From the NCBI RefSeq assembly GCF_009914755.1, contig NC_060926.1: DNA of 64,000 nucleotides. One strand, given 5' to 3'. A program made the translations under genes and the position numbers. The notes beneath the pieces were generated by a model that did no database searches, was not told the origin of the DNA, and worked only from the letters and a program-made list of their open reading frames with translations. Source of the stretch: the human T2T-CHM13v2.0 reference genome, Homo sapiens. The stretch's first letter is position 1, and each line of letters opens with the position of its first letter. Positions 1 to 15,049 of this stretch are shown in pieces.

Positions 1-6
1 AAGAAG

Positions 7-300
7 TGGGGGAATAGAAAATGGCTTCCATCTACCCTTATAGGTTCTTTGGCTGGCCTATGAATTAAATTAACATAAGACAGATTAATAGAAGAAAAAA
101 CATATATAATTACCTGCATATACATGGGAATCCCACAAAATAGAAGACTCAAATAAGGGTCAGGTAATTAAAGCTTCTATAGCATTGTAAGCTACAGAAA
201 GAAACAGAAGCTTGGGTCATCTGGGTGGTGAAGACACAAGTTAAAGGAGGGTGGAAGGAGGAAATGTATGGTGAATAAAGGTTGTCTTGTTATGAAAAAT
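7..300 (-). mobile_element. ERV1-class LTR fragment (MER34/LTR48-like group)
   Basis: Motif ACAGATTAATAGAAGAAAA resembles the GCAGATTAATAGGAGAAAAGG motif of the LTR at ~20.1 kb; family from memory. Confidence 0.45.
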
Positions 301-634
301 AAAAGAAGTGTTTCAAACATATCTGAATTTATAAAATAAGAGTAAATGTCCTACCTGATGTGATACCGCATTATATGTAAAACTATGTGCATATATTTAG
401 AAAAGAAAATCACAAACATATTGATATTGTTAAGCATTATTTAAATACTTTTCTTTAAAATATTAGATTTGTTTTCTAAAATCACATTCTAAAACCATCC
501 TTATTTTGAAATCAGAACATACGTTAGTACAATGTATTAGTAATAGTAGTAAAATTAGTAGTAATAGTAAAATATATTAGACCCATTATTAGAGAAAGAA
601 ATAACAATGAGTCAATTGGTGAACAATGACTCAC

Positions 635-761
635 TTATAAATGTATTTTTACATAGTTAATTCTGATGGTTATCAACAGTCCCTTTAAACTATTCATAAT
701 CTTTCACCCTAGTGTCAAGAAAGTCAGCAATATGAAAGACTTTCTGAAGGGGCACAGTGAC
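635..761 (-). other. candidate minus-strand exon (127 nt, no open frame)
   Basis: Minus strand reads TTTTATTTTTAG|GTCACT...TATAA|GTGAGT; all three frames contain stops. Confidence 0.2.
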
Positions 762-959
762 CTAAAAATAAAAATTCTGCATTTGAAAAAAAAATTTAAT
801 GGCCTAAACTCCTAAATACTAACTAGACTTAATGCTCAGAGTTTTATCTGCTGAACACTGCCTTTGTGAACTCTGATAGTGTTTACCAAAGGCTTAAAGC
901 ATGGTGGATCTTAGTCTGGACTTCTTGAGGAGATTTGGTGTTTGAAATAAATATATATA

Positions 960-2006
960 TGTACAAAACCAAAGGCATAGCGGAGAAGTCTGTAAGAGAC
1001 CATTGTTCCTATCTAATGTGAGAAGCAGTTAGCTCTTTAGAAACCCATAAGAGAGCCTCACCAAACTAAATTTCAAAAAATTATGAGAACTTGCCGTGAG
1101 AAAAAAGACACAGGATTACTATCATCTCTAGCAGAGAACAAACTCACCACAGGCCAGAAAATTGAAGAAGAAATCCAACCTTCTACACATTTATGAAACG
1201 TATGTGGGAACTAGAAAAATGGATTCAAATCCTGAAGAGTACTAGCCCCAGGCTGAGACTACACCAACACAAACACTCATTCCCGTATGAAATGCAAAAC
1301 AGGAAATGCGCCAAAGGCCAGCAGGAAAGCTCACAGAAATCTCTTTTTCACAAGTGTACTGCAGCTGTGCTCTGAAAGTTGGAATGGAGCAGCAAAGACG
1401 AGAGATATCTCCGGCAGCACAGAAAACAGGGGACGTGGTGGGAATTAACACAGAAAATTGTTAAGTAACCAAAAAGCTTAGTGCTAGTCTGCAACGTACA
1501 GCGAGATCTCCCAGCATTCATAAAACTGGCAGCTTATTTTTAAAGGATAAAGAGAACTCTGGAATATCTCTACTGTTCAGGTCCTGAGCCTTTCTAAAGG
1601 AAATCTAAAATCCCAATTTGGCCCTCAAAAATTTGAAATTAGAGGCAAACAAAATCGATTAAACCTGCAAGAATAACTTGACACAGGCCATCCAAAGATT
1701 AGACTCACTCAGAGCACTCCCCTCAATGCTGTCCTGACAGAAGATGTGGTAAACTATTATTTGGATTCAGACCTTGTTTACCTGTCTTTGTTGTTCTACT
1801 TCACAAAAATGGCTGGCATTCAATCAAAAACTCCAAGGCACATGATAAAGCAAATACTAAGCATAAAGAGGTTGGAGTGTTTATCTTGAATCACACAGAA
1901 TAAGATGTCAAAGCAAAGAGTAATGATAAAGTGTCAAATAGTCAAAATACATAAGAATCATAAATGTAAATATACTTTATAAAAGTGTTTCAAATACACG
2001 AAGCAA
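960..2006 (+). mobile_element. old L1M 5' region and endonuclease fragment (host of the next element)
   Basis: L1-like A-rich sequence; breaks at AAATACACGAAG (~1992) and resumes at AAATACATGAAA (~8493), a diverged TSD. Confidence 0.55.
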
Positions 2007-5000
2007 ATGATGTCAGTAAGATGACAGAATAGGCAGATACAACCACCTCTCTGTACAAAGAAACATTGAGAAATAACCATAAATGATCAGAACCAATTCT
2101 CTCAGAACTCTGGAAAACAATCACAGGTCTACAGCAACTGAGAAAACTGTATATCAAGAAAAAGACAACTTAAAAAACAGTGGGAAATGTTTCTGGTGAT
2201 TTTATCTACCTTTCTTTGGCTTCATGACAGTCTTGAATATGGCAGCCCGCAGCCTCAGTCAGTATGAGAACCTGGTCCCTTGTTCCAGAGAGAGCAGAGC
2301 AGATCTTATTCACACATTATTGTTTCTGTCTTTGCTAACCTGTCTGGCAGCTACTCGAAGGACTGATGCAAGGTGCTTATCTCTGTTTGACTTAAATCAA
2401 AACTCATTCAGGGAAGAAAACTAAAAGGTGTTGCTTTAAAACACTGCAAGGTGGAAGAAGAATCTGATGGCATCTGGGGAAAACTTACCGTTGAGACATA
2501 CAATAGGTGGTTTAAAGTCTGAGAGAAAAATATCCAGAGAAGGGGAGTCTTGGGGAAATTAGGGCATTCAAAAATACACGTGTTGGATAATATAAGAATA
2601 TATTATCCAAATGTCAAAGGCATTCAAAAGTACACATGTATGCTGAAGAATTTTGAAAGTCAAATGCATGCCCTAATGCTTTACCTCTGGCTGATCACCA
2701 GGCACAGTACAAGCAGGTAATGAAGCCTTAGGCAGAGTTGTAAATGGCCTGGCAAAGTGTTAAAGAAGTGCCCCAGCACAGAGAAAAATCTACAAATGGA
2801 CAAGGTGGTTTTTGTTGTTGTTGCTTTTTGAAATCTCTTGGCATTAAACACAAGTTGACTTTCCATCAAACGCTAGTTGAACACAAGCCATAGGAAGAGA
2901 GACATTAGTGGCCATGTAACAAGTAGAAAAATATCTTGAATTACCTGTGTTAAATATGCTCAAAAAACTAAATAATAACTGAATATAGTTTTACAATCAC
3001 TGAAATGAAAAACTACAGCAGTTCGACAACAATGTTAAGCAGAGAGAAGACAGATTTAGCAAACTTAAATATAGGACTATTTAAATTACTCAGTCTAAGG
3101 AGCAGAGGAAAAATAATGGAGAAAAGTAAACAGAGCCTAAGGAACCTGTAGGACACAATCAAGCAGATCAACCTATGCAAATATGTAGCTCTCAGAAAAA
3201 GAAGACAGAAAGAGGCTAAATAATATTTAAAGAAATAATGGCCCAAACTTCCCAAATGTGATGGAAGACATGAATCTATACATCCTAGAAGTTCAAAGAA
3301 CCCCATGCAGGGTCATCCCAAAGAGAGCTACACTGAGACATATAATAATAAAATTGTTGAAAGACAAAGATAAACAGAAACTTGAAAACATCAAGAGAGA
3401 AGCAACTTATCACTTACAAGTTATCCTCAATTTATTTAACAGCTGATGTCTCATCAGAAACCAAGTAGAACAGAAGGCAGTATGAGGGTATAAAGTGCTA
3501 AAAGAATAATAAATATCAACCAATAGTTCTACAAGTGGCAAGTGTATTCTTCAAAAATGAATATAAAATTAAAACATTCACAGATCGTAAAAGTAGAGAG
3601 AGTTTATTACCAGTAGCTCAGCCATACAATAAATGTTAAAGGAAGTCTTTCAAGTTGAGATGAAAGGACATTGGAAAGCAACACAGAGCCACACGAAAAA
3701 AAGTAAAGACTTCCAGCAAAGATAGGTATATAAGCAAATTTTGAAACCAATATTATGTATTTTTAGAATGTAACTCCACTTTTCATTTCCTGAATCATTT
3801 TTAAAATTTATAAAAATAACTATAAATCTATATTATATATAATTTATATGGATATGTTTGACAACAGCATAAAAAGTTTGAGTAGAGATGTATAATAGAT
3901 TTTTTTGTATGATATTGAAGTTTAAGTTGATATTAATTAAAAGGGGCTATTAAACCAAAACCAAATTTGAATAAATTTAAAAGAGTAAAGACATGAAATA
4001 TATCCCCTAACCACAATGAAATGAAGTTAGAAATTAATAACTGCAGAAAAACTGGAAAATTTTAAAATACGTAAAAATCAAACAGCACATTTTTAAACAA
4101 CCAGTGAAATGAGAAAATACACAAAGGTAATTAAAAATATTTAAAGATAATGAAAATGGAAATATACATGCCAAAATATATGGGATGCACCAAAGGCAGG
4201 GCTCTGAAGGAAATTTATAGCTGAATATACCTACATTAAAAAATAAGAGAGATCTGAATTTAACAAACTAATGCTACACCTTAAAGAACTAGACAAAGAA
4301 GAGCGAACTAAATCCAAAGCTAGCAGAAGAAAATAAATAATAAAGTCAATTAAAGAAAAATGAGCTAGAAACTAAAAGCTCTAGAGATAATAAAAACAAA
4401 GGACAGTTTATGAAAAGATCAATAAATTGAGATATCTTTAGCTAGAACAGCAAAATCAAAAACCAAAAAACACCAAGTAAAGTCAGAAATGAAATTGATA
4501 ATGCTACTACTGGAATAAAGTACCCCTACTACTTACAGAAATAAAAATAATTAAAAAAACAGTCTATGAATTTTAATACCAACAAATTAGATAACCTAAA
4601 TAAAATGGACTAATTCTAAGAAATACACAAATTATCAACTCTGACTCAAGAAGAAACAGAAAATCTGAACAGACTTAGAAAAAGTAAAGAGATTGAATTC
4701 CTAATCAACCATCTCCCAAAAATGGAAAATCCAGAACTAGATGCCTTCACTGGTAAATTCTACTAAACATTTAAAGAAAAATTAGTATCAATACTTCTCA
4801 AATTCTTCAAAAACATAGAGTAGGACGAAATACTTTCTGACTCATTTTGAGGCCAGCATTACCATGATACCAAAGCTAGAAAAACAATATAAGAAAATAA
4901 AATTACAAGCCAATATTCATTATAAATATAGAAGCTCAAATCTTTAACAAAATATTAGCAAATTAAATCCAATAGCATGCTAAAAGGATTATACATCATG

Positions 5001-6296
5001 GCCAAGTGATATTTATCCAAAGAATGGAAGGATGTTTTTATATAAGAAACTTAATCACTGTAACATACACATTAACAGAACAAATGACATTTATATATGA
5101 TTATATCAATTTACATAAGAAAGATTTGACAAAATTTAATACTATTTCATAACATTCAGAAAATTAAGAATAAAAGGGAATGTTCTCAACATGATAAAAG
5201 ACATTTTTGAAAAACCAGCATCTAAGGTTGTAGTCAACAGTGCTAAACTGGAAGTTTTCCCTCTGAGACCAGGGACAAGACAAGTAGGCCTGCTTTTACT
5301 ATTGCTATTCAATAGCAATAGTAAAATTTGAAATATACTGAAATTTGTAGCCAAAGTATTTGAAATACACTGAAATTTGTAGCCAAAGTATTAAGGCAAG
5401 AAAAATAAATAATAAAACATTATTATTGGAAAGAAGGAACTAAAACTATTCACCGATGACATGATCTTCTATAGAAAAAAAAGCCAAGAATTCATAAAAA
5501 GTAACTAGAGTTAACAAACAAATTGAACAAAGTTGCATGATATAAGACCAACAGGGAAGAATCAATCATGTTTCCATACAACAGCAATAAACAATCCAAA
5601 AAGGAAATTAAAAAAAATATTTACAATACCATCCACAAGAATGAAATATACCTATTCAAAGTGATGTTAGACCAAAAACACGTCTGAATAATTTTAAGAC
5701 TAAAATAATGCAAAATATATCCTACAACCACAATGGAATGAAGTTAGGAATGACATACTAAGGCTTAAATTTAATCCAACATGTGGAAGACTTGCAGGCT
5801 GAAAATTATGAGGCATTGCTGAAATAAATGTTAAAAGATGTAAACAAGTTGAAAGTTATCATGTGTTCATGAATTGGAAGACCAGATGTTGTTAAAATGG
5901 CAATACTACCCAAGGTGATCAACACATTCAATGCAAACAGTAGCATTTCTTAATGCTCATTTTCTGAAGAAATAGAAAAGTGAATCCTCAAATGTATATG
6001 TAATTGAAAGGGGCCCACAGAGCCAGAATAATTTTGAAAAACAAGAACAATATTGGAGGACTCAGAGTTCCCAACTTTAAAATTTACTAGAAAACTGCAG
6101 TAATAAAAATAGTGTGCTTTTGGCATAAGAATAGACAGAGGCTAATGGAACAGAATTCGGAATACATCAATATGTCCATCTATCTACGACCTGTTGATTT
6201 TTAAGAAGTTGCTAAGACTATTCAATGGGGATAGAATATCCTCTTCAACAGACAGTGCTGGAACAAATGGATATTTATAAACAACAATGAAGTTGG

Positions 6297-6797
6297 TAGA
6301 GTACTATTCAGCCATGAGAAAGTATGAAAATAGTGTCATGTGTGACAACATGGATGAACCTGGAGAACATTATCTTAAATAAGTCAAACACAGAGAGATA
6401 AATACTGCATGTTCTCACTTATACGTGGGAGCAAAAAAAAAAAGCTTATAAAAGTAGAGACTAGAATACAGGTTATGAGAGGCTAGGAACGGGAAGGGGA
6501 AGGGAGAATAAGAAAAGACTGGTTTATGGATACAAAGTTACAGCTAATGCTAGGATTAAATTCTAATGCTCTGTAGCACTACTGGGTGAATATGGTTAAC
6601 AATAATTTTATTTTCAAAAAGCTAGAATAGAGAATTTTGAATGTTCATGACAAAAGAAATGATAAATATTCAAGGTGATAGATTTGCTAATACTCCTGAT
6701 TTGATCATTATGCATGGTATACATGTATGAAAATATTACTTGTGTCTCATAAATATGTACAATTATTACATGTCAACTAAAAATCAAATAACCTTAA
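6297..6797 (+). mobile_element. L1MA-type 3' end inserted in the L1MB
   Basis: GAGTACTATTCAGCCAT...TGTACAATTATTACATGTCAACTAAAAA is an L1MA 3'UTR; host ORF2 resumes at ~7255. Confidence 0.75.
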
Positions 6798-6810
6798 AAA
6801 GAATGAATCA

Positions 6811-7181
<371 letters not shown>

Positions 7182-10100
7182 CTAAACACTATTATATACA
7201 ATGCCAATATGACAATGGCTCAATACAATAAAATTTCTCATTCAAAAAAAATAAAGAATAGAGTTGAACCCTCAACCTAAATCATGTACACAACAAAGTT
7301 GTAAATGAGTCAATGACCTAAATATAAGCATTAAAACAATGAAACTTATAGAAAAAATATGGATAAATCTTCATGACCTTGGATTTATCACCAGATTCTT
7401 AGGTAGGACACAAAAAGCATGCACTATTTAAAAAATAGACAAATAGCATGTCATCACAATTTAATACATTTTAAAGCACAAACTTTTATCTAAAAAGTGA
7501 AAAGGCAACTTTTAATTGGAAAATTAAAGAGAATGGAGAATTTACTGAATCTACAGAAAATACTTGCAAATCATATATTTAATAAGGGTCTATTAAACAG
7601 AATATATAAACAATTCTTGAAACTCCACAACAAAATTCAAACAACCTAACTTAAAAATGGATAAGGCACTTGAATAAACATTTTTCCAAAGACAATATTC
7701 AAAGACCCAGAAAACTCATAAAAATATGTCTAACATTATTAATCATTAGTGAAATTGAAATCAAAATGACAGTGAAGTACTACTTCATACCCACCAGGAG
7801 GACTATAATTTTTTAAAATGGAAAACAACAAGTGATGGTGAGGATGTGGAAGAATTGGAATTTGTATACATTACAGGTGGGAAGTTTCAGCTGCTCTGTG
7901 AAGGATTTTGGTAATTCCTCAAAAAGTTAAAGACAAAATTACCAAATAACTGCAATTTTTGGTGTACACTCAAAATAATTTTAAAAAGGCACTCACATGA
8001 GTATGTGTGCATTCATGTTCAGGGTGGCCCTATTCACAATAGCCAAAAGTTGGAAACAGCCCAGATTTCCATCAATGGATGAATAGATAAACAATTGTGT
8101 CATATGCATATAATGGAATTATTAAATCATAAAAAGGAATGAAGTATTGACACATACTTCAAAATGGAGGCACCTACAGACATTATGCTAAGTGAAAGAA
8201 GCCAGACACGAAAGAACAAATATGATATGATTCCATGTATATAAACTCTCCAGAATAGATAAGCTCATAGAGACAAAGCACTGATTGGTAGTTGCCAGAA
8301 GCTGAGAAAGAGGTGGAAGGGGAAGAACTGTTTCATGGGTAAGATGTTGCGCATTGTGTGGATGGAAATGTTTTGAACTAGATGGAGGTGGTGGTTAAAC
8401 AACATTGTGAATGTATTAAATGCCACTGAATTGTTCAATTTAGAATGTTCAATTTTATGTTATATGAATTTTACCTCAATAAATAATTTTTAAAATACAT
8501 GAAAAAACAAATAGATAAAACCAAAGGAAAATATAAAGAATTACACAGGGAAATATAAAGACATCCATATTTACAATAATTCATAGAACATCCAGACCAA
8601 AAATCATTAAGTATAGAGGATGTGCGAAAAAGGCAACAATAGCAGCAGCAACAACAAATTATCAACCAACTTGACTGAATTGACATTTAGAGAACATTAC
8701 ACTCCCACACTGAAGAAGGCACATTAATTTCAAGTGAACATGCAACATTCACTAAGATAAACCATATGCTGAGCTTAATAAATATTTTATAATTTAAATA
8801 AGCAAAGCATATTTTCTGACAACAATGGTATTTAGCTAAGAATCAATAATAATATCAACAAGTACATCTCTAAGTATTGGGAAATTAAATAACACAATTT
8901 TATATAACTCCTGGGTACATAAATCACATGGGAAATTAGAAAATCTTTCAAACTAAATGATAATGAAAGCAGAGACTATCAAAATGTGTGAAATGCAGCT
9001 ACACATTAATTATAATGAATTTTATAGCACTAAATGCCTACATTAGAAAATGAAGAAAAGTATAAAACTTAATAATCTAATATTCCAGTTTATAAAAGTA
9101 CCAAAAAAAAACTAAATCCAAAATAAGAAAACAGTTAAAACAACAAATGTTAATATACAAGCAAAAATGAATTGAATAGAAAATGGACAAGCAATACAGA
9201 AAACAACAAATGCGTAAGTAGTTTCTTTGAAAAGTTAATTAAATTGATAAAAAGCCAAGATGACAAAACACAGAACAAAAGACCAATCTCAAATGATCAA
9301 TATTAAGAACACAAAAAGAAAACATCACTATAGATCCTACAAACATTAGCATGATAATGAGGAAATATTTAAAAAATGTATGGCAATAAATTTGGCACTT
9401 TAAAATTAATAAGATTATTCGAAAACAGCTGCTACAAGTGGAAATGAAAAACCTGCATAGAACTATAAGTAATTAAATCACAATCTGAAACACTGCCATA
9501 AAGAAAACTCCAGGCCTGGAGACTCCGCCCAAGAATTTTATTAATCATTTAAGAGAGATTAACAGCCATGCTACACAAGATGTCTGTTTGTTTTAGAAAT
9601 GGATGAGGAATAAACACTTTCCACTTCATTTTATAGGTTCAGCATAATTCTGACACTAAGAGGAAATTTTAAAAAAAATAATTACTGATGAATATCTCTC
9701 ATAACATAGAGGCAACCATTTTTGACTAAATATCAGCCAACTAAATCTAGGAATATATAACATAAAGGCTAATAAATTTTCAGCAAGTGGGGCTCACCTC
9801 AAGACGGCAAGGTTGTTGTAACATAAAAAGTAAGCAATATAATTCACTATACAGAATAATGGTTAAAATTATACTACTATTCTAATCTATAGATGTAGTA
9901 AAAGCATTTGACAAAATCCAATAACAATTCATAATTGTTCAAACCTCTCAGTACACTGTGAATCTAAAGAAAAATAAAAACCTCCTCAATATTTATATAT
10001 TTTGTCATAAAAACTACACTTATCATCTCATTTAATGATGCCAAATTAGTGGACATTTTTAAGTTGAAAATGAGGAAAGTTTCTCATTCTCACCACTTCC

Positions 10101-10231
10101 ATTAAATATGGCACTATAAGTGTTTTGTATTAAAGCAAGTAAAGGAAATGAATTGTATGAATGTGATGAAAAAGAATTAAAACTATTATTCTTCAAAGAT
10201 GACTTATTTTGTATACATAAAACATGAAATC

Positions 10232-10538
<307 letters not shown>

Positions 10539-11505
10539 CTATGAAATTTACGAAAAACTATGCTAGTATGAATAAATTAGCAAGATGATGGGGTGCAGGG
10601 TTGTTGCACCAAAATTAATTATATCTCTATGTATTATCAACAAACTGAAAAAGTATATATTAGCTACTATCTATGAAAGTATGAAAAAACATTTAAAAAC
10701 CTGAAGAATAAACCCAATGAAAGATGTGTAAGACCTCTAAATTGAAAACTACCAAACATTAGTGACAGAATTTGAAGACAAGTAAATGGAGATATATATC
10801 ATGTTTATGGATTGGAAGATTCAATATTGTTAAGATGTCAGTTCTCATAAGAAATTTTTTATAGATTCAACCCAAATGCAATTAAAACCCCACAAGGCTA
10901 TTGTCATTGCTGTTGAAGAAATTGACAAGCTTGAATATGGAAATGCATATTATCTACAATAGCCAAAATTATCTTGGGAAAATAAAATTGGAGGACTTAT
11001 ACTGCCTGATTTTAAGATTTAATACAAATCTCTAGTAATACAGACAATGTAGCACTGATGTATGATCAATGAGAGAAAGTGGATAAATCACCCATAAATA
11101 TTTACTTAATTGATTTTTGAACAATGCAAAATAAATTAAACAGGAAAAGAAAAGCCTAAATTAAAAAAAAAAAGTTTGGAAGAACCAGAATTCTATTTAT
11201 GAAAATTAAACATTGATTCCCACTTCACGCCAAACACAAAAATGCAAGATGAGCCGTAGGTTGAAACATCTTATGAATGCTAGAATAATAAAGCTAATGA
11301 AAGAAAAATTCCAGAGAATATTTTCATTACATTGTATAAGAAATATTTTTAGATGGAAAACAAAAAAAATCACAGAGTGTAAAAGAAAACAAGAGAGATA
11401 CCAAATTTTATTGATATTAAATTTCTTCTAATAAAAAGGCAATATTTAAAAAATCAAAAAGCCATAATTGGAGCAAATATTCACAGAATATTTTTTAAAA
11501 GAGCT

Positions 11506-11507
<2 letters not shown>

Positions 11508-11543
<36 letters not shown>
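11508..11543. repeat. (TA)n microsatellite
   Basis: Pure TA run of about 18 units. Confidence 0.95.
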
Positions 11544-11544
<1 letters not shown>

Positions 11545-12576
11545 CCTTTTGCTTATATTGAGTTGTCTTCTTTTATTGCTGATTTCTACAATATAGAAAT
11601 ATATACATATATGTAGAAATCTACAATAAGACAACTGAATATAAACAAAACCAAGCAAGATGTTTGAATAGATACTCCACAAATGAAAACATAAAAATGG
11701 CAAATAAACACATGAATAGGGAATATGTCATCAAATAATGAAATCACAGCCACAGTGAGATATATTTTCACACCCAATAGAGTGGCTAAAAAAAAAAAAA
11801 AAAAAAAAAAAAAAGATGGCCAATGTCAAATGCTGGCAAGCATGTGGAACAATTGGAGCTCTATTACCTTGCTGCCAGGAGTGTAGAGTGGTTTAACCAC
11901 ACTGGAGGACTATTTAGTAGTTCTGATAAAGGTAAACATAGATCTACCTTAACCCTATGTCTTAGCTAGTCTACTCTTTGGCATTTCCTCAAGATATACA
12001 AACACATATGTGCACCTGCATGCATGCACATGCACAAGCACACACACCCTAATAAAGAATCATTAGCAACCATATTCATAATGGCCCCAAACTAGAAGTA
12101 ACTCAAATGCCTATCAGTAGGAAGTGCATAAACATATGTGGTATATTCATATGAGAGAGTGCTAGTCAGTGATGAAAAAGAATAAATTGCTGATAATTGC
12201 AACAACGTGAATAAATTAGAAAGCATACTGCTGATCCAAAGAAACACGACACAAAAGAGCACACACAGTATAATTCCATGTATAAGAAGCTCAAGAACAA
12301 TCAAAACTACCATGTGTTATGCAAAATCAGGAAAATACCCTCAGGGCTGAGGGTGCAGAGAAAGTTGACCTGAGGGAAGTACAATGTGACATGATGGAAA
12401 TGTTTAAAATGTTTTTGGTGGTAATTACATGCATGTATAAAATTGTCAAAAATAATAGAACTGAATTTTTAAGATCTGCACATTTTATTGTAAGTTATAT
12501 GCAAGTAAAATATTACTCTATCAAAAGAAAATCACAGTGACAATGCATATTAGGGTGGTAGTCTCTCATCACTTAC

Positions 12577-12595
12577 CTTGACCCTTTTGACAAAA
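12577..12595 (-). other. candidate 19-nt micro-exon
   Basis: Minus strand reads CTCTGTCCTCTCCCCTCCCCATCAG|TTTTGTCAAAAGGGTCAAG|GTAAGT. Confidence 0.25.
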
Positions 12596-12729
12596 CTGAT
12601 GGGGAGGGGAGAGGACAGAGATCACATGGTCTTCTTTGATTAAATCAAACATATCAGTTAACATTTAAAATGATTACTATTGGCCATACAGTAGTAATAG
12701 TAAATGGCTTACTTAATTTAACATTTATT

Positions 12730-12860
12730 AAAACCTTAGTGATGTCATGTAGAAGAAAAGAAACAGAAGCTTAAACAACTTCCCTACTTCCCTAATATCA
12801 CATAGCTAGTACATTATGGATCCAGGATTTAAAAACCTCTGTCGGATTTAGAATCCCTAT
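12730..12860 (-). mobile_element. MIR fragment
   Basis: GAAACAGAAGCTT...ATCACATAGCTAGT...CCAGGATTTAAA resembles the MIR core, reverse strand. Confidence 0.5.
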
Positions 12861-12909
12861 GTTTTACTACTATTCTGGTCCTCTTTCACTAAACATCCTG
12901 TTTCTAACT

Positions 12910-13570
12910 TGGGAAAAAATATGTTTGAAATCCAATAGAAAAATGGGCAAAAGCAATTCACGGGAATATATGCTAAAATATTTGAAACTTCTCCAAAGAA
13001 TAACTCAAAGTAAGTTGAAATAAGAAAAAAAATGTAATTAAACAAAAATGAAACACAAGGCAACACTCATTAGAAGAGCAAAAACTGGAAAGATGCCAGG
13101 ATGCCCAGTGGTGGTGAAGATGTGGGCAGACAAGAATTCTAGCACGCTGATTATGTCAAAGTCCTTAGCCATTCTAGAAATTATTCTGGTGGTTCCTCAT
13201 GTCATTAAGTGAGCATATGCATTATAATTAATCGCTTCTACTCCTGAGCACATATCACAGACAAAGTTTATAATGGGACATGTATAAAGTAGTTGATTAG
13301 AGTGTGTGTGTGTGTGCGCGTGCACACACTTACTGTAACCAAAGTTTTGAGGGATAATCAATAGAGGAGTAGACAAGTGATATGTTATGGATCCACTGGA
13401 ATATATCATGGAAAAAATGAACTAGGTATAAAATGGTGCAATATGAATAGATATAAAATATAGTTTAGAAGAATAAAGACATAGAATGATATTAAAGCAT
13501 AATAACATGTATGCAAGTTAAAACCCTGTATGCCAAACAACACTATCTAGAACACAAATATATGCATTTT
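12910..13570 (+). mobile_element. L1ME-type 3' fragment
   Basis: TCCAATAGAAAAATGGGCAAAAG...GGTGAAGATGTGG, L1 3' ORF2-like. Confidence 0.6.
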
Positions 13571-14799
13571 GATGACAGACAATGCTGAGAGAAGTGGCTG
13601 TACCTGCCTTACAGCCCTTTTCCCATAGTGGCTTCCCAGGCTGATGAATGACCTACAAATAGCACGTCCCAACTTTCTACAATAAAACAAGCAAAATTAT
13701 CACATGTTTAGGGCCCAGAACATCCTTATTCAGTTTAGACACTGCCCCTCTATGTGAGCACAGACTGGGCTTAGGGTTAGTTTTATTTCTGTTACAAATT
13801 GTGTCTTCTAATGGGTGGCAGTCTCCCATATGAGACCTCTCTCTATTTAAGGGCAAACAAATGACAGTCTGTCAAATGAATGAATAAATGAATGATTAAG
13901 CACAATACATATTTCATGCCCAATTTTATGGCACACATAAGACATGATAGGTCTTTTTCCCTTACAGGACACCTAAACCATTAGAAACTAGAAGGCAGAA
14001 AACCAAAGAAGTATTAGTAGGGATGGGTAGTCTAAAAACTAGGTGGATGAGAACAGAATACCTTAGGCAGATTTTGAAAGACGGAAGTGCTAAATCACTG
14101 CCTAAAAACTCCAACTGGAAGCAGTGACAGGTTCTCATCAAGAGGAGAGCTAACTACTTTGAAGTGGCATTAGAGAAATTGTTTCTCATATGTTATCACT
14201 GTAGATTCATATTGATTCATCTCTGTAGCTGAATTATCTTTAAAAAATTTATGGTGCATTTTTATGGCAATAGCCAATCATGCATATCATTAGTGTGCAT
14301 AGCAAGGAGTTTAAGACAAGAGGAGACTGATAGCTCTTCAATTATTGATGTAAATGAATTGCCAAGTGTAGCTAGTTTAAGAAATGCAATAAAGAGCAAA
14401 AGTCAAATCTCTGGTTCTGTGCACACACACATACACACACACAATCACACTAAACAAACTCATATATTTTATCTAGCAGTAAGTGAAGACAGAAATTGAG
14501 TTACTTAAAATTTAAGACACTCCTGGAATTTTACATCATGAAATAAATTTTTAAAAAAGACACTGTGATTGTCATTTAGAGGAGGGATACTCAGAATATT
14601 TAATTTAGAAGGTGCTTCAAAGTTATCAAATTCAACCCTACCCTCAACAGAATGCCTGAAAATGCCTCTAAGCTGGGATCACAAGCCTTTGCTAAAACAC
14701 TAGATCTTACTAGAGGTTGGTGGTCAGTGTTGCTCACAGAATGAAAGTCATTTTATGAAGAAAGCAAACTTAATGTACTTAAAAAAACATATTTGTCCA

Positions 14800-14985
14800 A
14801 TGTAATGTGGTCTCATCCCTGAGTTTCTGAGTTTCACCTGCTGAATTTCTGGGTTTCCTGGAGCGAGTTACTTATTCTCCTCAAACTTTTTTTTCACCTT
14901 TAAAATGGAGATAAGAGTAGTATTACTCTATAGGGCTATTTGAGGGACTTAAATAATAGCATATATTACAAAATTGTTGGATTTA
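14800..14985 (+). mobile_element. MIR
   Basis: GAGTTACTTA...CACCTTTAAAATGGAGATAAGAGTAGT...TAGGGCTATTTGAGG. Confidence 0.7.
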
Positions 14986-15049
14986 GGTTACAGCGGCTTG
15001 ACATGCTTATGCTTATAACATTCGACTCTACTTCAGCATGACGGCCACA

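Noticed and set aside
355-488. Minus-strand exon joining 635-761
   Set aside because: Weak acceptor, and stop density no lower than random
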